A DNA stretch of 64,000 bases from Octopus sinensis (lineage: Eukaryota), in NCBI RefSeq assembly GCF_006345805.1, contig NC_043004.1, positions 92,690,001 to 92,754,000 on the forward strand. Direction: 5' to 3'. Positions 39,651 through 52,827 of the stretch are shown here, piece by piece. The translations under genes were made by a program, and so were the position numbers. Numbering within the stretch: position 1 is the first letter of the stretch; the number at the start of each line of letters is the position of its first letter. Below the pieces are notes generated by a model, which did not search any database, was not told the DNA's origin, and saw nothing but the letters and a program-made list of their open reading frames with translations.

Positions 39651-40280
39651 TGTTGTTTATTTATTGCCCTGACTATAACTTTAAACTACATCTGGTTGTG
39701 TGTTCCTTGTACGGGAATTCAGGTTTTTGAGGAGTGTGGACCCACGTCTGAATCACTTTTGTTTCTAGGTCTACTCTGACCCCATATTAGTGACACCTGT
39801 CAGGTTCCCACCTCACCTATGGGTTAATTAGCATGTGAACCACTGGGGTCGAAGAACCCTTAGTTCTCGTTAGAAATTCCTTCTTGAAGGTGAGCTAAAA
39901 AGAAACAAACACCCGGTGGTGGTTTCTGGTCATCTCAACCTCCGCTGTGCCACACGTTTTTATAGCTGATTTCGCTGAAAAAGTGGGTTGAGTGTTGTGC
40001 AACACTTTATCCATTCAATACAAATTCAGGCAGAGGAACTTCTTGGACTCTCTCAGCCTTACTGAGTTTAGAAGGTGGTCTCATTCAAAAATTACTTATT
40101 TCACTCTTTGGGACTGCTGGCATGCTGGGGCACCGCCTCGAGGAGTTTAGTCAAACAAATCAGTACGCTTGTTTACGGGGACATAAACAAACCAACGCCG
40201 CTTATCAAGTGGGATGGCAAGCAAACACAAACAAAAAGACACGAGCACATAAATATATTTATGTGTGTGTGTGCGTGCGC

Positions 40281-40308
<28 letters not shown>

Positions 40309-40311
<3 letters not shown>

Positions 40312-40990
40312 ACAAATTAATAAATAAAACATACGCATATATACATACATATATGTACGTACCTACATCTACATGTATATATACATGCATATATGGGTAC
40401 AGGACACAAAAAAAAACGTCGAACACGAGAAAACTACTGTCTTTCTGACCTCGCTTCCCTCGAGCGTTGACGGCTTTTCCGTGTCTCTCTCTCTGCCGTT
40501 CTCAACAAACGTTCATAATATTTTCTCTCGTTTGGCTTAACAGCCCTCATTGTTTGTGTTACTGTTATTCTCCTTGCCCTGTCTTTTACTGTTTATAATT
40601 TGTACTGTCTTTACTGTCCTGTTTTTGTTACCATTTTTACCCTTCCGCAAAAAAATCTCAAATTTTATTTAATTTGCTTTTTGCGGGAAGGAATGTTTCC
40701 CTGAAGTCGTGTCCCGCCTTGACCTTCGAAACGCGGAGTAGATGAAACAGAGGCGACTGAAGAAGGGGGATTTTCCTTGTGTTATATGTCATGTACTCTA
40801 TTTTTTCGTTGTTTAAGAAAAATGTCCATTTCCTTGGTTTTGTGTTTATGTTTTCGTTTCTCATTGTGTTCGACGTTTTTTTTTGTGTCCTGTACCCATA
40901 TATGCATGTATATATACATGTAGATGTAGGTACGTACATATATGTATGTATATATGCATATGTTTTATTTATTAATTTGTTATTATATGA
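40309..40990. repeat. Penelope pLTR-like repeat with about 120-bp inverted terminal duplication
   Basis: 40309-40427 is nearly the reverse complement of 40867-40984; the body is homologous to 5880-6270. Confidence 0.8.
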
Positions 40991-41022
40991 CGGAACGCAC
41001 GCATCCATCTCTAAGTTGGTTC

Positions 41023-41069
<47 letters not shown>

Positions 41070-41284
41070 ATATATTCATACTGTGTTTAACATTTAAAAC
41101 GAAAAAGTCACAATACAAGGATTTAAACAGTATTCTCTTTTTTTCTTCAGAAAATTCAGACTTGCCTATGTCTCTATATCTTTATATTTCTATATTTCTA
41201 TATAAATAAAGACAGAAAAGATGTCTGAAATGTCTTCTCATTTATTTTTCTGCTATAACTAATATATTTCACTGTGCTCCAAAA

Positions 41285-41349
<65 letters not shown>

Positions 41350-41536
41350 CACTATTATTATTATTATTATTTGTGCGTTGGAGTTTGTGATATATTGTGC
41401 CCGTTGAGATCGGTTCCATCGATGCTGACTACGTTTATATTTAGTATTCAATACGTGATAAGAATGTAGAGTAACTTAATAATGGCACTTGGTAATGACC
41501 TGAGGTCGAAACGATCGTTATGTTGGTTTTTGAGTT

Positions 41537-41600
<64 letters not shown>

Positions 41601-42678
41601 TGTACATACATACATACATACATACATACATACACACACACATAGAGGGATGTATAGATAGACAGATAGATAGATATGCACATTTGTATACATGTATATA
41701 TGTATGTATATGTATGTGTGACATGTATGTACATACGTACGAATGTATTTGTGTGTATATATATATATATATATACATGCATACATACATACATACATAC
41801 ATACATACATACATACATACATACATACATACAAACATACATACATATATACATACGTACGTACGTACATACACATATATACATACATGTATGTATGTAT
41901 ATTGAGAAGAAGGAGTGGAAGAAAAAGAGAAAGAGAAAAGTGAGGAAAAGCGAAATAAAAGACATGCAGCGTCTCTGATTACGCCACACCGATCAACAAA
42001 ATTATGACAGGGAATTTACTTCTGCAGAACGTTCTGCATATTAAATATAACTAAAGCAATCTTTCACGTGAAATACAGTGAGTTAAAAAAAAAAATTCGA
42101 ATAATTGTGATTTTCTACGTTTTTGAGATTCTTTTTTTCTTTTTTCGCTTGAATTTTTGTTTTTCCTTCTTGTTTTTTTTTTAGGGTTTTTTTTTAACGA
42201 TAATATCAGGGGAATTCTAAAAAGGTCGATGAACTTATGACTTATTGTTCTGTACAAAATATAAATTGATTTAGAAAATACATTAACACTTTCATTTAAA
42301 AAAAATAATAAACCTTCGACAAGTCGTGTTTTTGATATATTCTATTGTGTATGAAATAATATACATATTTTGTGTAGGTGTGTGGGTTTCTATATGAATG
42401 CATGCATATATTCTTGTGGGTGTGCAGATTGATCGATGGATAGATGGATAGATATACGCCTATAGACACACACATTGGTGCTACTTTAGGGTACATTTTA
42501 GTTTACTTTGTACTATTTTAATAAGAAGAAAACCATATAAAGTCATCTCCCTTTAAATTGTAGATCACACGCTAAAGATACACCTTTCTTTTTCTTAAGA
42601 AATGATGTGAATTTAGTGCCGGTTTTTAGTAAAAATGCAACTGCTTTTGTCTCGTCACTGATCACATTGTAAAAATCT

Positions 42679-43095
42679 TATTTCTTTACTACCCACAAGG
42701 GGCTAAACATAGAGGGGACAAACAAAGACAGACAAAGAGATTAAGTCGATTACAACGACCTCAGTGCGTAACTGGTACTTAATTTATCGACCCCGAAAGA
42801 ATGAAAGGTAAAGTCGACCTCGGCGGAATTTGAACTCAGAACGTAACGGCAGATGAAATACCTATTTCTTTACTACCCACAAGGGGCTAAACACAGAGAG
42901 GACAAACAAGGACAGACAAACGGATTAAATCGTATATATCGACCCCAGTGCGTAACTGGTACTTAATTTATCGACCCCGAAAGAATGAAAGGCAAAGTCG
43001 ACCTCGGCGGAATTTGAACTCAGAACGTAACGGCAGACGAAATACCGCTAAGCATTTCGCCCGGCGTGCTAACGTTTCTGCCAGCTCGCCGCCTT
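42679..43095 (-). mobile_element. Head-to-tail dimer of SINE group C
   Basis: 184-bp unit at 42679 and 42863; only one copy keeps the head. Confidence 0.9.
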
Positions 43096-43699
43096 AACAA
43101 TGTAAAAAATTTTAACCAGCATCTTACGGGATTTAGAAATTGAAAAGTAAACTAAAAAGCAACGTGAAGTCATCTCTCTTGTAGATCACGCGCCAAAGTA
43201 GCACCTACACATTTATACATAAATACTTATCGATATATTTTCATGCTATTTTAATAATTTCTTACATACATACCTATGTAGGCTAGAAAAATGTTAGGGT
43301 ACGATCAGTCGACTATGTCGACCCTAGTTTTTCACTGGTTCATATTTCATGGCCATCCAAAGATGAAAAATAAATCTGAAGCCTTCGGTATCGCATTCAG
43401 AGCATAGAGGACCCTACATTCTGCTAGGATTTTTGCTCGATTTTGTCTGACAAAATGTTTAACAGCATTTCTTCCGATTTTTCACATTCTGACTTCAAAT
43501 TCCATCGAGATCGACTTTACTTTTCATTCTTTCAGGGTCGAAGAAACAAATACTAGTTGCAAACTGGGGTCTATATAATCGACTACTCGCCTCCTCCAAA
43601 ATTCCAGGCCTCTTGTACTTGTAGCAAAACGGATTCCCTTGTTGCTAATTAAAAGAAATTATTATTGTTGTTGTTCTTGTTGTTCATGTCGTCGTTGCT

Positions 43700-44032
43700 G
43701 CTGCTGCTGTTGCTGTTGCTGTTGAGCGAACGGTCTTCGTCCCAGAGCTCGCAAGATGGGAGAAGTCCGAAACGTGGTCCTTTGCTATTCGTAAGACCCG
43801 CAGAAGAGAAAGCAGGTCAACCCCCGATACCGAGAGCATTGACGGATGGATGAATGCGCATCCAGGCTCAACGGTTGCGTAGGAAGTCGGGGACAAGAAA
43901 CAGGAAGAAAGGGTGGGAGAAAGTTGGGGCGAAAGAGTACAACAGAAGTCACCACCATCCCTGCCGGATCCTCGTGGAGCTTTAGGTGTTTTCGCTCAAT
44001 AAACACACACAACGCCCGGTCTGGTAATCGAA
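43700..44032 (-). mobile_element. SINE group B, tail 2, 5'-truncated
   Basis: Homologous to 35985-36375. Confidence 0.85.
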
Positions 44033-44111
44033 ATGCTGCTGCTGCTGCTGTTGTTGTTGTTGTTCTTGTTATTCTTGTTGTTGTTCTTGTTATTCTTGTT
44101 GTTGTTGTTGT

Positions 44112-44164
<53 letters not shown>

Positions 44165-44499
44165 TTGTTGTTGTTGTTGTTGTTGCTAAGTCAGACATTT
44201 TAAACTACACAACAATAAACACAAGCAACAAAAGAATTAATGGATCGCACATATAACCATACAGACATCACACACACCGACTGCATCACACCAAGGAAGA
44301 ACACACCAATACATAAAAGTCATCCAAACATCCCAAAACGCATACAACACCATAAAAATTAAATATCCAGCAAGGAGAGACATCAATAAAAGACTATATA
44401 AAGAACTGCTCGTGGAAACATGCACATATACCTATGGGGACGGAACGTCCATCCCCTACTCGTCAACAAAATTACTGTAAGGTGTCATTTTCGTTTCTA

Positions 44500-45040
44500 T
44501 ACCTTAATCTGACATGGCCTTGCTCAGAATAGGCAGTATAACCTACGTAGCCTGGGGTCACCTTGAAAACATGGCCATCTACTTACCGACTTCCGGTCAC
44601 TAAGTGTAGATGTAGTGGTCATCAGTGAAACCAGACTCTGGACCGACAAGTTTTCATGCCCATATTCGGTGGATACGAGATACATTTATTTCCATGTCAA
44701 CCGGGAATGGGAGGTGAAACCGCGATTCTGTCCTGGAGAGGCCTGAACCTCAAGATAAGGACTATCTTCTTGGACACAGAAGGTAAGTTGGTGGTCCTTA
44801 ATATGAACAATAGTGACGAGGATGCTGTCAGACTCGTGGCTGCTTATACTCCGACAGGAGCAGGACAGCCGGATTTCTTCAGACGTCTGGAGGTTTTCCT
44901 AAGAACGTCCCAACCTTTAGTGTTAGTGGGAGATTGGATACCGTCTTTGAGTCACGTTTCGACTGTATGGGGCTAGCAGATAGAAGAGAGTATGGTAAAA
45001 CGCCTCGCAAACCTACTCAGACATTTCCAGCTGTGTGACA
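44500..45040 (+). mobile_element. APE endonuclease N-terminus of an L1/Tx1-like LINE, decayed
   Basis: DVVVISETR, EGKLVVL, RLVAAYTP, FFRRL, LVLVGDW. Confidence 0.75.
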
Positions 45041-45342
45041 AAATATTCAAAAAAAAATTTCACAATGTTACCCACCCCCCACCTACACATTTTTTAATGT
45101 ATTGTTGTACAGTGTGGAAATATCATTAAGGAAAGTATGCAAAGTGCACTTTCTATATTCATTTGGCTAAACTGTACAAATTGTTGTTTCGATATTACTA
45201 AAAAAAAACTTATTTTACCACGTTGCATAACCGCTTTAATGAAATTTCCGCAATTTAATATACAACAATACATTTAAAATTAAGATTGAGAGGTGGAGTA
45301 AGATTTTGATTTTTTTTTTTTTTTTTTTTTTTTGCATATTCG

Positions 45343-45509
45343 TAGGAGTGGCTGTGTGGTAAGTAGCTTGCATACGAACCACATGCTTCCGGGTTCAGTC
45401 CCACTGCGTGGCACCTTGGGTAAATGTCTACTACTATAGCCTCGGACAGACCAAAGCCTTGTGAGTGGATTTGGTAGACGGAAGCTGAAAGAAGCCCGTC
45501 ATATATACG

Positions 45510-45544
<35 letters not shown>

Positions 45545-45753
45545 TTGTGTGTCTGTGTTTGTCCCCCAAAATCGCTTGACAACCGATGCTGGTGTGTTTA
45601 CGTCCCCGTAACTTAGCAGTTCGGCAAAAGTGACCGATAGAATAAGTACTAGGCTTACAAAGAATAAGTCCTGGGGTCGATTTGCTCGACTAAAGGCGGT
45701 GCTCCAGCATGGCCACTGGCCACAGTCATATGACTGAAACAAGTAGAAGAGTA
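45343..45753 (+). mobile_element. SINE group A
   Basis: Near full-length match to the consensus. Confidence 0.9.
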
Positions 45754-45879
45754 TTCGTAATCTCCGACATGTAAAACCTAGGAATCCGAATAAACCTTTT
45801 CAGAAGAATTCATTTTTCTGGGGGAGGTGCGAATCTGCATTAGCCCCTAAGTTTCATTTTAATTGCTAGGAAAGGGAAC

Positions 45880-46130
45880 TAGAAACACTTAAGAAGTCTA
45901 TAAGTGAATGGAGAGGGGCTTTCTCCGTCCGGGTTGCGGATCCGTGGAACAATCTGCCAGACGAGACGGTGAAGATGCCGACGACCGCTCGGTCCAAAGT
46001 CTCCCTTGACCTCAAGTGGCCTGAACTCTTTACATGAACACCACCTGTACATAACTCCATGTCCCCCTACATGGCCTTGCTTTTTGCTTTTTGAGCCAAA
46101 AAATTAACTAACTAACTAACTAACTGACTA
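45880..46130 (+). mobile_element. CR1-clade LINE extreme 3' end with (TAAC)n tail
   Basis: RGAFSVRVADPWNNLP followed by UTR and (ctaa)n. Confidence 0.75.
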
Positions 46131-46429
46131 ACAACAACATAGCAAAACTCAACTCTTCATATTGGTAAATGTAATTCATTAATTCCCGCCTGAGCATCTA
46201 TTTTCAAATTCACTCAAGTGAAGATTCATGAACATTTTCTCTTGACAGTCTCAACACATTTCCAATTTTCATCATTGTCTTTTTTTTAAATGTATCATGA
46301 ATTATTTTATTGATTATAGAATAAACTATAACAAAGTCTTTGGTTAATTCATGCACATATTGTCAATTTACTTAATGATTTATGTATCGTATCTATATGT
46401 ATATATATCAATCAATATGCGCAATGCAT

Positions 46430-46471
46430 ACGCCAGCAGAAAACCGCCAGGAGGGCGGTTTTTTCTGCTAG
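46430..46471 (+). mobile_element. Possible Helitron 3' terminus
   Basis: Hairpin agcagaaaaccgcc/ggcggttttttctgct ending in CTAG followed by T. Confidence 0.45.
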
Positions 46472-47329
46472 TAATAATAATAAAGCTATGAACTTGCAGT
46501 AATGTTTGTGCTTCGAGCGGCTTTTACGATTGAATTCAAATTCCGCTGAAGTCAGTATTGCCTTTCATCCTTTCACGGTCGATAAAATAAGTACGGTCAC
46601 ATACTTGGATCCATGTAATCGACTAAACCCCTTTTCCCAAATTACTGATCTTGTACCAAACTTCAACAGCAACGGGCTGATTTGATAGAACCTTTACCAC
46701 GCCAAACAAAATTTTCTCTACTTTTATCACTTTCGGGGTCGATGAAATAGAATATTGAGGTCGATGTTATTGATTAACCCCATCTCCCTAATATTTCCGG
46801 CATTGCACCAAAATTTGAGGCAACTATTATCATCATCATCATCCTCTTATTTCGCCCCAAAGTTAGCAATTACTTAGCAGACCAATAATCAAAGAAAAAA
46901 TTCCATCCAAGTCCGTCCTGCCTTGTATTACTAAAGATACGTCATCTAGGATTAGATTATACACTGAGACCTTCATATCTAAAGCGGTGTAATGTTATTC
47001 TATGGAGATTGCGTTGTTATTTCTAGTAAGTCCACTGTCCACCTTGGCTTCCCAATATTTAACAAACATTAGATTTATATTTCACAATGAATGGTTTAGT
47101 ACTTGGATCTTTTGCTGTACTAAGCTGTGGTGATATAAACAAATATCTTAGTAATCAAGTAAAGAATAGTTACCTCCCTTGGATTAATCAACGCCGTCAC
47201 AACAGGTATATGCACACACACACTCACACACACACACATATATAAACAGCACACGCAGACCATTTACACGGATGCATACATATGCATATATACATACCTA
47301 CGTACAAAAGTTAATATATTAATATACAC

Positions 47330-47493
47330 TAGGCGCAGGAGTGGCTGTGTGGTAAGTAGCTTGCTAACCAACCACATGGTTCCGGATTCAGTCCCACTGC
47401 GTGGCATCTTGGGCAAGTGTCCTCTGCTATAGCCCCGGCCGACCAATGCCTTGTGAGTGGATTTGGTAGACGGAAACTGAACGAAGCCTGTCG

Positions 47494-47555
<62 letters not shown>

Positions 47556-47780
47556 GTGTATGTGGGTGTTTGTGTGTCTGTGTTTGTCCCCCTTGCATTG
47601 CTTGACAACCGGTGCTGGTGTGTTTACGTCCCCGTAAGTTAGCGGTTCGGCAAAAAAAACCGATAGAATAAGTACTGGGCTCACAAAGAATGAGTCCCGG
47701 GGTCTCGATTTGCTCGACTAAAGGCGGTGCTCCAACATGGCCGCAGTCAAATGACTGAAACAAGTAAAAGAGTAAAAGAC
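47330..47780 (+). mobile_element. Full-length SINE group A
   Basis: Matches the consensus; actag on both flanks. Confidence 0.9.
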
Positions 47781-48054
47781 TAGCTGGACCCGTGAAAAAT
47801 TCATGGAAAACCTAAAAAATGTAAGCATCTATAAACAATGTGCCGGTGCTATGAGAAATGTTTGCATGTTATGACCGTCTGTCTTTACGTTCTGAGTTCA
47901 AATTCTTCGTAGGTCGACTTTAACTTTCGTCCTTTCGGGGTCGATAAATTAAGTACCAGTTGTGTACTGGGGTCGATCTAATCAACTCAAAAATTTCAGT
48001 CCTAGAAAAGTATATTGTGACAGGTACAGAATATAGAAAGTAATGTAACATATT

Positions 48055-48380
48055 ATTTTTTTATTTATGCGCCCTTTTTTAAGCCTAGCCAGGCTCATGG
48101 GCCCGGTTTCCCGGTTTCTGTGGCGTATGTGTCCCCCCCCCCCAGCTGGACGGGACGCCAGTCCATCGCAGCGTTACTCAAGAAACAGGAAGAAAGAGTG
48201 AGAGAAAGTTGTGGCGAAAGAGTACAACAGGGGTCTCCACCACCCCCAGCCGGAGCCTCGTGGAGCTTTTAGGTGTTTTCGCTCAATAAACACACACACA
48301 CAACGCCCGATCTGGGAATCGAAACCGCGATCCTCCGACCGCGAGTCCGTTGCCCTAACCACTAGTCCATTGCACCTCCA
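48055..48380 (-). mobile_element. SINE group B, tail type 3
   Basis: Group B 5' module then agtaacgctgcgatggactggcgtcccgtccag...cagaaaccggg and an A-rich end. Confidence 0.8.
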
Positions 48381-48664
48381 CCAATGTTCCAGCTAAAATA
48401 TCTGTTACACGAACGTAAGCAGGATAACTATTTAACCTTAAAATACATCGTACATATTCAAAGAACCTTCTTGCTTTGGTGGTACGGAACGTTTTTCTGG
48501 TATTCTTTTATTTTTTTACTTGTTTCAGTCATTTGACGGTGGCCATGATGGAGCACCACCCTTTTGTCGAAGAAATTGACTCCTGGACTTATTCTCTGTA
48601 AGCCTGGTGCTTATTCTATCAGTCTCTTCTGCTGAACAGCTAAATCACAGTGACGCAAACATCG

Positions 48665-49125
48665 GAGGGGGAGGAAGGACTTCTTGGAAAAGTCCTAGGA
48701 GGAAGTAAGTGGGACTTCCTTGGAAAATTCTGAGGATGGGAAGAAGGACTTCCTGGAAAACTCTGAGGAAGGGGATGAGTGGGAGAAAGGGATTCTTTGA
48801 AAAGTCCGAGGAGTGGATAGGACTTCCTGGAAAAGTCGGAGGTAGTAAGGAGGGGATGAAGAAGAGAAGGGGAGAAAGGAATTTCTGCAAAAGTCCGAGG
48901 AGGGAGAGGTAAGGGAGGAAGGACTTCCTGGAAAAGTCCGCGGAGAGGTAAAATGGACTTCTGGAAAAGTCCTAGGAAGGGGAGGAAGGGGAATAAGGTG
49001 GAAAAACTTGCTGGAATAGTCCGGGTGGGGTAGTGGGGCCTCCTGGAAAAGTCCTAGGAGGGGGACTTCGTGGAAAAGTCCGAGGATGGGTGAGTACTTC
49101 CTGGAAAATTCAAAGTAGGGGAGGA
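48665..49125. repeat. Purine-rich minisatellite, about 12 units with core GGACTTCCTGGAAAAGTCC
   Basis: Directly visible; flanked by duplicated SINE-A 3' segments (48491-48665 and 49146-49320). Confidence 0.9.
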
Positions 49126-49388
49126 AATTGAGAAAGGGGGGAAGTGTTTTTCTGGTATTCTCTTATTCTTTTACTTGTGTCAGTCATTTGACGGTGGCCA
49201 TGCTGGATCACTACCCTTTAGTCGAAGAAATTGACTCTGGACTTATTCCCTGTAAGCTTGGTGTTTATCTATCAGTCTCTTCTACTGAACAACTAAATTA
49301 CAGGGACGCAACTTCGGTGAGACATACATTCATACACACATACATACATACATACATACATACATACATACATACATACATACATACA

Positions 49389-49419
<31 letters not shown>

Positions 49420-49539
49420 GACGGACTTGATGGTAGTGGTGATGCTGGCTTGTGCGATTTTGTGGTTTGCTGGTATGCCGAGAGATCCAGGTTCCTCGAT
49501 CTTAAAGGTGTAATGTGGACGTGTAATGATGGAGCGGCT

Positions 49540-50589
49540 GGTATGCTCGTATGGCAGGTACTAGCATAACGAAAACAGCCGAAATGTTTGGTGTATCAAG
49601 AAGTACTGTTTTGAAAGCGAAAGTAATGACAGCCTTTGAGAAAAAGGGAAAATCCTCCGCGTTGAAAAAAACTCCGGAAGAAAACCAAAACTTTCAGATA
49701 GAAACTGTCGGATTCTTATGCGAATTGTAAGAAAGAATCATAAAAGTACAGCTCCCAAAATTACAGCAGAACTTAATCACCACTTCGAAAACCCAGTTTC
49801 CACAAAAACTGTTCGCGAGGAGCTATACAAGGCTGGATTTCACGGGAGGGCTGCAATCAGAAAACCACTACTTTCAAAAACAAACATTGCAAGGCATTTA
49901 GAGTGGCGTAAAAGCCTACAGAATTGGTACCTAGAGCAGAAGAGTGTTATTTTTTCGGGGGAGTCATCCTTTAAGTTATTTCCGACCACCGGCCGAGTAT
50001 AAGTGTGGAGACAGCCAAAAGAAGGATTTGACCCAGACAGTCTTCTTCCAGCTATTAAACATGGAGGAGGATCTGTAATGATCAGGGAGGGGCTATATCT
50101 TGGAAATCCGCTGACCCAATGGTTTCCCTTCATGGCAGAATTAACAGTCAAGACTATTTAAACATTTTATCTGATTAAATTCATCCTGTAGTTGCAGAAC
50201 TGTTTCCGGAGGGAAACGCAATCTTTCAGGATGATAATGCACCAATTCACACAGCTAAAGATGATACTGAATGGCACGAGGAACATTCTAGTGAAGTTGA
50301 ACATCTTATCTGGCCACCACAGACCCCCAATCTCAATATTATTGAACATTTATGGTGCATTTTAGAAAAACAAGTAAGGAGTCAATATCTTCCACCATCG
50401 TTACTACAAAAACTGGAGACAGTTTTAGCTGAAGAATGGATAAAAATTCCTTCAGAAACAATTGAAACTTTGTACAAGTCCATACCTTGTAGAATTCAAG
50501 CCGTAATTACTGCCAAAGGCGGTCCTACCCCATATTAAAATAAATTTGTTTGAAATTTTAAGGTGTTTCCATTATTTTGTCCACCTCTG
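49540..50589 (+). mobile_element. Decayed Tc1-like transposon, D-36-E spacing by hand count
   Basis: GFHGRAAIRKPLLS, VIFSGESSF, FQDDNAPIHTA...WPPQTPNLNIIEHLW; right end ...ttgtccacctctg|TA. Confidence 0.9.
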
Positions 50590-50761
50590 TATATATATAT
50601 ATATATTCTTTTCTTCTTTTATTTGTAAGCCTATTCACTTATGTTGAACCGCTAAGTTACAGGGACGTAAACATACCAGCATCGGTTGTCAAGCGATGTT
50701 GGGGAGGACCAAACACAGACACACAAACATATGCATACACACATCCACACACACACATTGA

Positions 50762-50801
<40 letters not shown>

Positions 50802-52827
50802 CATGTGTCTGTGTGTAAAATACACACACATACGTGCACGCACACACACATACGTACACATATTATACAATATATATATATTGGTGTGTATGTTTTCTCC
50901 TGTTTTTAATTATTTAAATTCTTCCTTTGAGGAAGGTGCTACCTCAGATTGTAGCACTATACATTGCTCTTTCGATGCGTCACACGATTCACTAGTTCCC
51001 ATTCTTTCATCATCCCAGCTTTCCTTTTGTTTTGGCGCCAATATTTTCCTTTCTTGTCATTCTCAATCAAAGCAATATGGTGCAACGTGCTGTTCATTTT
51101 CATTGCAGTGATGCAGCTGTGCGTTAATGTTTTAGCGTATCAGGATAATTAGGACTTGCATATTGTCAGAACACACTCCAACATCATGGCCCTCTCACAA
51201 TCGGAAATTGACTGGGGATGGAAACAAACCTACGCCGTTCTGAGAAAGGATCACATCCTGATTGGTTCCATTTCTCACGATAGTTTCATTTGTTAATAGT
51301 TTCCTACGTCACCCATGAGAATTGGATTTCAAACTTTAATACTTCAACATGAATTTCTCTTGTCTAAATGTACTTCCCAGTATTGTTTCCTTGCAAAGGG
51401 GAAGAAAAGTCAAAATTATGTGGTTTCGAAGTGAACTTCTTAATCAAACAGACATACTTCCGCATTTGTGGGTGGATGGATGGATGGATGGATGGATGGA
51501 CGGAAAGATGGCTGGATGGATGGATGGATGGATGGATGGATGGATGGATGGATGGATGGATGGATGAGTGGATGGATGGGTGGGTGGGTGGATGGATGGA
51601 TGGATGGATGGATGGATGGATGGATGGACGGATGGACGGATGGACGGACGGATGGACGGATAGACGGATGGATGGATGGATGGATGGATGGATGGATGGA
51701 TGGATGGATGGATGGACGGATGGATGGACGGATGGACGGATGGATGGATGGACGGATGGACGGATGGATGGACGGATGGATGGATGGATGGACGGATGGA
51801 TGGATGGATAGGTGGAGAGATGGATAAATGTCTGTGTGTATGTGTATTAGGTGGCTAAGTGCAGGAATTCATGAGCGAGGTAATAGAAGGAGGAGGAGGA
51901 GAAGAAGAAGGGGAGGGGGAGGGGGAGGGGGAGGGGGAGGGGGAGGAGGAGAAGGAGGAGAAGAAGAAGAAGAAGAAGGAGAAGAAGAAGAAGAAGAAGA
52001 AGAAGAAGAAGAAGAAGAAGAAGAAAAAGAAGTTGGTGGTGGTGGTCGTTGCGGGAAAATATAATAGGGGAAAGCACGAAATGAGAAATAATGCAAAAAA
52101 AACGACAAGAAAAGAAAGTGAACGGGATTGTGTGTGTGCGTGGGTGCGTGTTTGTGTGTGTGCGTGTGTGTGTAATAGAAAGAGAGATGAAAACTAAGGA
52201 AAGACAAATGATATTATCTTAAGTGTAGCTTGCTTATCGTCAACAAGAGTTACTTCCCTTCATATAAATTTCTAATCCGCGTGTGTGTACGCACTGCCAC
52301 GCACATAATAACGGGCAAAGAAATCGAACTTGACGATTATGAAGTAGTTACCGACAGATGTGGTATAACTTTTTAAGATTATTATTTCGAAATCTGAAGA
52401 TTATACCTACTAAAGGAACCTCTAAGCAGTCACTCGACGCCCTAAATATACAGCCGCCAAATTTTCCCTCAAATTACAATCTATTTTGAAAAGAGAGGGA
52501 CATTAGACAAAGTTGTCCTAGATGTACACTATCCGAGGGAAGAAAGGAATGCTCAAAGATAGAATACCTTTGACTACAAGACTGCTCGATCACGACTCAC
52601 AGATGAATCAACAACGTTAACTCAATATTTAAATCCTAATTGTTCATGAGGTCTCTATTCATGTTAGAGACAAATCTATCGCAGTATAAGATAGTGACTG
52701 TAATATATTGAGTTTTTCCTGGAGAGATTTTTAGTTTGGCTAAAATTACATAACTTAAATTGCTTGTAATTTTTTTTAGAAAAATGAATGCGACTTTCGT
52801 CATCAGCATGAAAACAATTTTTCTCTT

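Noticed and set aside
41478-41500. aatggcacttggtaat resembling a miR-183/263 seed
   Set aside because: No complementary arm for a precursor hairpin was visible.
48665-49125. CRISPR-like repeat-spacer appearance, also the 68-bp array at 54807
   Set aside because: Eukaryotic context, no cas genes, and spacers are low-complexity or identical.
52785-52812. CTGATGA-C-GAAA-GTC on the minus strand
   Set aside because: No stem II and stem I is out of register; more like a DNA-transposon subterminal sequence.
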